The notes below the pieces were generated by a model. That model saw only the letters and a list, made by a program, of their open reading frames with translations, made no database searches and was not told the DNA's origin. 64,000 nt of DNA. Origin: Candidatus Poribacteria bacterium. GTDB taxonomy: Bacteria; Poribacteria; WGA-4E; PCPOR2b. The stretch spans positions 1,760,001 to 1,824,000 of the forward strand of contig OZ242326.1 of NCBI GenBank assembly GCA_965208325.1, written 5' to 3'. Below, piece after piece: positions 58,033-64,000 of this stretch. Each line of letters begins with the position of its first letter. The stretch's first letter is position 1. Both the position numbers and the translations under genes were made by a program.

Positions 58033-58479
58033 GTGATATGGTGTACAAATTCGGATAGCCGTGCGTGTGGCGAATAAACCAGATTGTGACGCAGCATAGG
58101 GGATGGCGCACAGATTTAGTCCCTTCCTCGCCGACTAAAACCCCTGTCCTAGTCGCCGAAATACCTATTTTTCCGCTTGGCATGGGTGTTCGCAGTTTCA
58201 TACTGATGGCCGTCCGTGAGAAAAATAAATTGCGCAAGTAATGCCGAGAGTTGTTCTTGGCCTCGGAGCAGTCTGTCCACAACTCTTTTATTGCCGAACT
58301 GTTGGCGGCAAGGAAGTTGGGCAGTCTCGTTGACCGACGGGTTGCCCCCTTGTGTCTGCACCGGATTGTCACTCGGCACGGCATGGCGACGCCGGCTAGT
58401 TTTTTGCGAAACAGTGCAACCCGTCTTTACTTAGTGATTCCGCCTCATCAGAAACCAGAATCCGATCTATCTTCTCCCT

Positions 58480-59517
58480 CTATCGCTTCTGCATTTCCGG
58501 ATACAACGGTTGAATTTCCACCCCATATTGAAACTCTGCGACCGATCGATAACGTCTAGCGAGGTCGATGACGAGATAGGACGGTTCGCCGGGCGATGCG
58601 CCGTAACCGGTGGTTAAAATAAGTTGGCGCTCGCCTAGCCTCGCCACGCCATCGTTGATTATTTTTTTTGGAAAGTACCCCAGCGGCGTGTGCCCAACAA
58701 TCAACACGCTGCCGCCGATGTGTTTAAGAAAGGTGTCCGTTTCTGTAGGCGTGTGCCCGCCAGCCTGAACAACGATTGAGCGGCCCCAAAGCAATTCTTC
58801 AAGCACCTTTGAACTCGGCATGACAAGGCTAGAAAGGCTTTTAACGGCACGTGAAATACCAGCGTGAATGCCAACGAAACCGTTTTTTGCAACGACAGCG
58901 GTTGGAAGGGTATGCAAGAACTTGTAGTGTTCGTCCGTCATCCGCTCGATAAAATTGAACTGCTGGAAATATGCGCCTTGCGGACTACGATAAAGAGCAC
59001 CAATCAGTTGTTCACGGTTGGCTGCGTTCAATCCGTGTTGCTTAAGCAGCGCATAGGTGTTCGCGGCTTCGAACTCGTGATTGCCTTTGATGCAAATCAA
59101 CCGCTCTCCTAATGCGCCAAGCTGTTTCTTGAGTTTCATCAACTTGTCAACAATCTTCGTATCGCCGTCCGGTTCAAAAACCGGATCGCCCGGTTTGTGG
59201 TCTACAACATCACCGATAATCAGTCCGTAGACATCCGCCCCTGATTCAATGCGCGAAATTAAGTCCGTTCGGTCAAGCCACTGATTAAAGTCACGCCAAT
59301 GCGCATGAAAATCCGCCGCAATGTACACCGTTCCGTGATCTGGGAGGATAATCAACCCGCCGTCGCGCACCAGTTCATTCGGGTAATCGGCAAGCTGCTT
59401 ATTACGTTGGGACGGGTTTGATTCCAAAACTTTGGTGGAAGCGCTCAATCCCATTGCTAACAGGCAGCAGAGCGCCATCCAAGTGGATAGATGGAATCGA
59501 AGCGACGCAGATGTCAT
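58480..59517 (-). CDS. Calcineurin-like metallophosphoesterase, exported
   Basis: DFH, GDVVD, GNHE, HAG, GHT motifs; signal peptide. Confidence 0.85.
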   Translation of the reverse strand: MTSASLRFHLSTWMALCCLLAMGLSASTKVLESNPSQRNKQLADYPNELVRDGGLIILPDHGTVYIAADFHAHWRDFNQWLDRTDLISRIESGADVYGLIIGDVVDHKPGDPVFEPDGDTKIVDKLMKLKKQLGALGERLICIKGNHEFEAANTYALLKQHGLNAANREQLIGALYRSPQGAYFQQFNFIERMTDEHYKFLHTLPTAVVAKNGFVGIHAGISRAVKSLSSLVMPSSKVLEELLWGRSIVVQAGGHTPTETDTFLKHIGGSVLIVGHTPLGYFPKKIINDGVARLGERQLILTTGYGASPGEPSYLVIDLARRYRSVAEFQYGVEIQPLYPEMQKR

Positions 59518-59896
59518 CGAATTGTTCTCCTTTACGCCAATTGAACGGAGGATGAGTTTTTCGGCACGACTAGCGACGCAACGTAATGCGATCGACCTGT
59601 GCTCAATACCGTTATGGCCGAGTAAATTATATCCTAGCCGAACGCCTTAATCAACAAGTTCGATGCGCCTTCGAAAAGATTGACCATGTCTCCGGTTCCG
59701 GAAACGCCGCTTGCTTTTTCGCTTTGCCCTTTAATATACCTTGACATACTTTTTCTACTGAAGTATTCTGAATTGCTAAATCTGAATCCACCGGGAACAC
59801 ACCGAAAAGGTTTTTCATGCAAACAACCCGCTGCCAATTTTCGCCCATTTTCCCAATTCAGATAATCCTAACGGTCAAGTGTAGAAAGGGGAACTC

Positions 59897-61177
59897 ATGA
59901 AAGTTATTGATGTGGAACGCACTATTGTCGATGTACCGTATACGCCGCGGCAGAGCCAGATTACCATAGAGAGTGTATCGACAGTTTATAACTGGTCTGT
60001 TTTAGAGATGTGTAAAGTAACCACCGATACCGGACATGTTGGATGGGGCGAGACGGTGATTCACTACACCTATGGACGCACCACTGACGAGAGTGTACAG
60101 CGTGTCTTGGGCGAGAGTCCTGCCAAATGGATGAACGACGATTCAATTGGCGCAGGTTTGCAGATGGCGCTTTTCGATGTTGTCGGAAAAATCCTGGAAG
60201 TGCCGGTCCACGAACTGATTGGGACGAAAGTTAGGGATACGGTGCCAATTTCGTGGTGGTCGATAGACGCTTCACCGCAAAAATGGGCGGATGAAGCCAA
60301 AGATGCCGTGGCGCGCGGTTATACCAGCTTCAAGAATAAGGTGCGTCCATGGTGGGACATCGTCGAGCAGGTTGATGCAATTTGCAATGTTGTCCCGCCG
60401 GATTTCAAACTCGATTTAGATCCAAACGCTTCTTTCCGAGATGCAGCGACCGCCAAACCTATCATGGAGAAGTTGGCTAAATACGACAACGTAGCCATGT
60501 TTGAAACACCGATACCGCAGGAACACATAGCAGACAATAAACAAATTCGAGCGGAGACAGACCGTCCCATCGCGATGCACTTCGGATCGCCGCCGTACAC
60601 CGTAAACGTCCGGGAATCCGTGTGCGACGGGTTTGTTATCAGTGGCGGAAAATCCGATGTCGTGCGGCAAGGGCTGTTAAGCGCTGAGGCAGATTTGCCT
60701 TTCTGGTTGCAGATAGTGGGAACCGGATTGACGACTACTTGGGCGGGGCATCTGGGCGCAGTTCTCACCCACGCCACTTGGCCTGCGATTACGTGCTTAA
60801 ACATCTACAACCATCATTTGCTGACAAAGCCTGTTGAAGTCGTCGACGGATGCCACAGAATTCCGGACACTCCCGGTCTGGGCGTCGAAGTTGACGAAGA
60901 TGCCGTTGAAAGGTACCGCGCGCCCGATGAAAAACTTGACGCCGAGGGGCTTTACATACACCCCGAGCCTCGGATTATCAAGACGGCCGTATATTCAGAT
61001 GGCAGTTGTATCCATATGGAGGGCGACCGCCTAGAATATTTCAATAGCGGCGAAGGAGAAGCCCAAGTAGAGGGTGCGCGTTTGGAGGTGTGGTACGACG
61101 ATGGCTCAAGTGAGTGGGCAGATTTGTTCCAGCGAGTGCAAAAGTGTCCGGAACCAGGCCTGTGGCAGGAACGATAA
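59897..61177 (+). CDS. Mandelate racemase / muconate lactonizing enzyme family protein
   Basis: GHVGWGE, MALFDVVGK, KNK, LDPN, FETP, PGLGVEVD. Confidence 0.88.
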   Translation: MKVIDVERTIVDVPYTPRQSQITIESVSTVYNWSVLEMCKVTTDTGHVGWGETVIHYTYGRTTDESVQRVLGESPAKWMNDDSIGAGLQMALFDVVGKILEVPVHELIGTKVRDTVPISWWSIDASPQKWADEAKDAVARGYTSFKNKVRPWWDIVEQVDAICNVVPPDFKLDLDPNASFRDAATAKPIMEKLAKYDNVAMFETPIPQEHIADNKQIRAETDRPIAMHFGSPPYTVNVRESVCDGFVISGGKSDVVRQGLLSAEADLPFWLQIVGTGLTTTWAGHLGAVLTHATWPAITCLNIYNHHLLTKPVEVVDGCHRIPDTPGLGVEVDEDAVERYRAPDEKLDAEGLYIHPEPRIIKTAVYSDGSCIHMEGDRLEYFNSGEGEAQVEGARLEVWYDDGSSEWADLFQRVQKCPEPGLWQER

Positions 61178-61469
61178 GATAGTCGGAAAATCTATTACTT
61201 CGTCCGCGTTTTTTGTTGTGCGGCAAATTAATTTTCGCGTGGACCAATTCAGATTAAACTCTCTACCCTCCCAATCGTCCATGTTAATAACACCAGTTCA
61301 ACCAGACGGAATTAGCAGTTCACTGCAAGGAAGCCGCGCGCGCTAAGCGCAGTCCCGCCTAATAGTCCTAATTCAAGGATTTGTAACTGTAAAATCCGCG
61401 GTTGGATTCTCGCCCAAAATTTGGCACGATTCGCCAAACCACAACAAAAAACACAATGAGGTAGAAAAA

Positions 61470-64000
61470 ATGTCTGGACTGAATACGTTAATGACCGTGA
61501 GTCTACTCGGCGGCATCGCCTTCGCACAGGCGCCGCAGCCAATTGAGCCGATGGAAGAGGATGTCACCCAAGGCGCATTGCGCGTTGATACCGAGGATGG
61601 AATCGTTGAATGCCCGCTGAAACACACGGATGTCAAGGCGAGCATCTCTGGCTTCATTGCCCGCGTGACAGTGACACAAACGTTCGACAACCCGTTCGAC
61701 GAAAATATCGAGGCAGTTTATGTGTTCCCGCTGCCGCATACCGCCGCCGTGGATGATATGACAATGGTCATCGGCGAACGGCGGATCGTGGGCTTGATCA
61801 AGCGTCGAGATGAAGCTCGTGCGATGTATGAACAGGCAATTAAGCAGGGATCGACAGCAAGCCTGCTAGAACAGGAACGCCCTAACATCTTTACCCAGTC
61901 GGTCGGCAACATTAAGCCGGGCAAAGAAATCCACATCGAAATTTCCTATGTTGATGTTCTCAACTACGACATGGGAACTTACGAATTTCATTTCCCGATG
62001 GTGGTCGGCCCCCGTTATATCCCGGGTGCGCCGATTTCCAAGAAACCGGAGTTGCCGAGCGAATTGAAGGGCAAGGTTGGCGAAATAGAAGAAACATTGA
62101 GCCCCGCAGAAGAGGGAGACCCGTCCGGCACAGGATGGTCGCCGGACACAACGCGGGTGACTGACGCCTCGCGAATAACTCCGCCGACGCTCAAGCCGGG
62201 CTACCGAACCGGACATGATATTAGTCTTTCACTGTTGCTCGAAGCGGGTGTGCCGGTTGGGGACATAAATATTATCAATCATGAAGCAACGATTAAGCGC
62301 ACGGGAGCATCAAGCGCCACGGCGGAAATTTCGCCTTCGGATTCAATTCCAAACAAGGATTTTGTGATGAAATACGCTGTCGCCGGTGAAAAGCCGGAAA
62401 TGGCGGTATTGACGCACTCCAAAGGCACTGGCCAAGGTTATTTCATGCTCATGATCCAGCCAAAACTGGACGCAGAACTCGCCCAAGCTCCGCCGCGCGA
62501 CCTTGTTTTTCTTGTTGATGCTTCCGGTTCGATGAGCGGGGAACCTTTGGATAAAGCGAAAGAGACGATGCGCCACTTTTTCCGCCTCAGTAAACCGAGC
62601 GACACTGTGCAGGTCATCACCTTTGCCAACCGCGCTGAGAATTTGTTTGAAAAACCGCTGCCGGCGACTCAAGACAACGTCGAACGCGCCCTGAACTTCA
62701 CACAGCAGATTCGAGCTAGCGGCGGAACGGAGATGCTCACGGGTATCCGAAAAGTGCTCAACGAGCCGGCGGACCCAAATAGGGTGCGAATTGTCGTAAT
62801 GCTCACGGATGGCCAAATCGGCAACGAGGCGGAGATAATTGAAGAGGTCGGCAAATGCGCTGGAGACCAGATTCGTTTTTGGACAATCGGCATCGGTTCG
62901 TCACCCAACCGCTTCCTAATTGACGGCGTGGCGAAACTGGGCGGCGGAATGTCCGGCGTACTTGATCTGGCCACCGATCCGAAGGAATTGGTTTCGCGGA
63001 TTGTTTACCGAATCCATCGGGCACAGCTCGCGAACATACAGATTGATTGGAACGATCTGTCCGTCTACGAAATCTTTCCTCGCCGCATCCCTGAACTGTG
63101 GGCGGGAAGTCCGGTCATCTTGCATGGACGTTACGCGGGCGGCGGAGAAACTCAAATTGAGTTGTCAGGTGCCGCGGAGGGAAAGCCGCTGACTTTTTCA
63201 CTGAACGTAACGCTTCCGAACGTGAACTCAGAGCACGGCGTGCTTTCCACCGTGTGGGCGCGGAAGAAGATTGAGGACATCTCGGCGCAGATGTATTATG
63301 CCGATACACCTGAAGTCGTTGAAGAAATTACGCGGGTCGCGCTGACGCATCGGCTGATTAGCCAATACACCAGTTTCGTCGCGGTGGATGAAAGCGAGGC
63401 ACAACTCGTTAGCCGACAGGCGAATCCGCCCCGGCAGGTCGTTGTCCCCGTGCCGATGCCCGCGGGAACTGATTTTGAGGGCGTGTTCGGCCGCAGACGT
63501 TTGGTGCGATTCGAAGCGGATTTTGCGGATTTTGAAATGGTTAATAGCCCAGTCCTTAGGGACACTTCGCCGTCAGCTCCAATGAATGTCCCATTATCCG
63601 AACCGGTCATGGCTCCGCATCAATCACGCCGCATGCACCATTTCGAGCAACCGGTACGGCGAAAATTAGCTGCGGCGAAGAATACCTGGAAAGCATCAGT
63701 GAACGCTTCAAGATTTTCGCACACGCCAGCCACACACATGAATACCGCAAACACTATCAGTCGAGCGGACTTCAGCGAATTGCACTCTCCAAACTATGCA
63801 CCGCCGAAATCCGATGTCATTGATGCAAGGGATGACTACTATGAACCAAGACATCGCACAATTGCGGATGCGGACGCGTGGCTCAACGATGGCTTGTATG
63901 AAGATGCGCATGTGGTTTTCGCAGACGCTGAAAAACTTCAGAATCACGGCAATCTCGAAGCGGCGCGACTCCGTTATCAACATGTGTTGGGGTTGCTAGC
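61470..64000 (+). CDS. VIT + vWA domain protein (runs off window end)
   Basis: Manual translation: signal peptide, PLKHTDVKASISGFIARVTVTQTF...EAVYVFPLP, LLEQERPNIFTQSVGNI, FLVDASGSMSG, SGGTEM, LTDG, LISQYTSFVAVD. Confidence 0.92.
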   Translation, partial: MSGLNTLMTVSLLGGIAFAQAPQPIEPMEEDVTQGALRVDTEDGIVECPLKHTDVKASISGFIARVTVTQTFDNPFDENIEAVYVFPLPHTAAVDDMTMVIGERRIVGLIKRRDEARAMYEQAIKQGSTASLLEQERPNIFTQSVGNIKPGKEIHIEISYVDVLNYDMGTYEFHFPMVVGPRYIPGAPISKKPELPSELKGKVGEIEETLSPAEEGDPSGTGWSPDTTRVTDASRITPPTLKPGYRTGHDISLSLLLEAGVPVGDINIINHEATIKRTGASSATAEISPSDSIPNKDFVMKYAVAGEKPEMAVLTHSKGTGQGYFMLMIQPKLDAELAQAPPRDLVFLVDASGSMSGEPLDKAKETMRHFFRLSKPSDTVQVITFANRAENLFEKPLPATQDNVERALNFTQQIRASGGTEMLTGIRKVLNEPADPNRVRIVVMLTDGQIGNEAEIIEEVGKCAGDQIRFWTIGIGSSPNRFLIDGVAKLGGGMSGVLDLATDPKELVSRIVYRIHRAQLANIQIDWNDLSVYEIFPRRIPELWAGSPVILHGRYAGGGETQIELSGAAEGKPLTFSLNVTLPNVNSEHGVLSTVWARKKIEDISAQMYYADTPEVVEEITRVALTHRLISQYTSFVAVDESEAQLVSRQANPPRQVVVPVPMPAGTDFEGVFGRRRLVRFEADFADFEMVNSPVLRDTSPSAPMNVPLSEPVMAPHQSRRMHHFEQPVRRKLAAAKNTWKASVNASRFSHTPATHMNTANTISRADFSELHSPNYAPPKSDVIDARDDYYEPRHRTIADADAWLNDGLYEDAHVVFADAEKLQNHGNLEAARLRYQHVLGLL

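Noticed and set aside
61503..63999. Many short track ORFs in the last 2.5 kb, and similar antisense ORFs throughout the window
   Set aside because: They are shadow frames of well-supported genes; here the real gene is the unterminated VIT-vWA frame starting at 61470.

Overview
Bacterial chromosomal window, mostly housekeeping genes interrupted by one AT-richer accessory island (about 38.2-47.6 kb). The lineage is inferred, not proven, to be Candidatus Poribacteria-like, from the NYPNPFNPETWIPY and VEPxxK...[W/L]xx[I/L]K C-terminal motifs, a PhyH-family gene and abundant GTAG-type REP elements. 1-13.6 kb (minus strand) is a tetrapyrrole/cytochrome c maturation cluster: rex, hemB, hemL, polyprenyl synthase, an internally duplicated sirC/met8-like gene, ccsA/hemX, hemA, hemC, cobA-hemD, ccmE with a CxxxY heme site, ccmF, ccmH-like and a partial ccmI-like gene. 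16-22 kb holds a small c-type cytochrome, a 14-repeat FG-GAP protein with a T9SS-like/FlgD-Ig C-terminal domain, and a convergent PorV-like barrel-FlgD-OmpA-SPOR fusion, a candidate surface-export module. Then come rimK, rsmA, a TPR amidase, a sigma54 response regulator, REP/REPIN structures and a 6 x 82 bp REP tandem array (not CRISPR). The island carries three type II toxin-antitoxin loci whose toxins are each disrupted by a different lesion while the antitoxin frames stay open, an intact 97-aa PD-(D/E)xK-like protein, an IS3-family element flanked by a 532-bp duplication, and a WG-repeat protein. The right part has an ABC exporter, thiD, thiE, dehydrogenases, vWA proteins, pcm, RNase P RNA, a His-rich lipoprotein, a phosphoesterase, an enolase-superfamily enzyme and a VIT-vWA gene running off the end. 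All calls come from reading motifs by eye; no searches were run.
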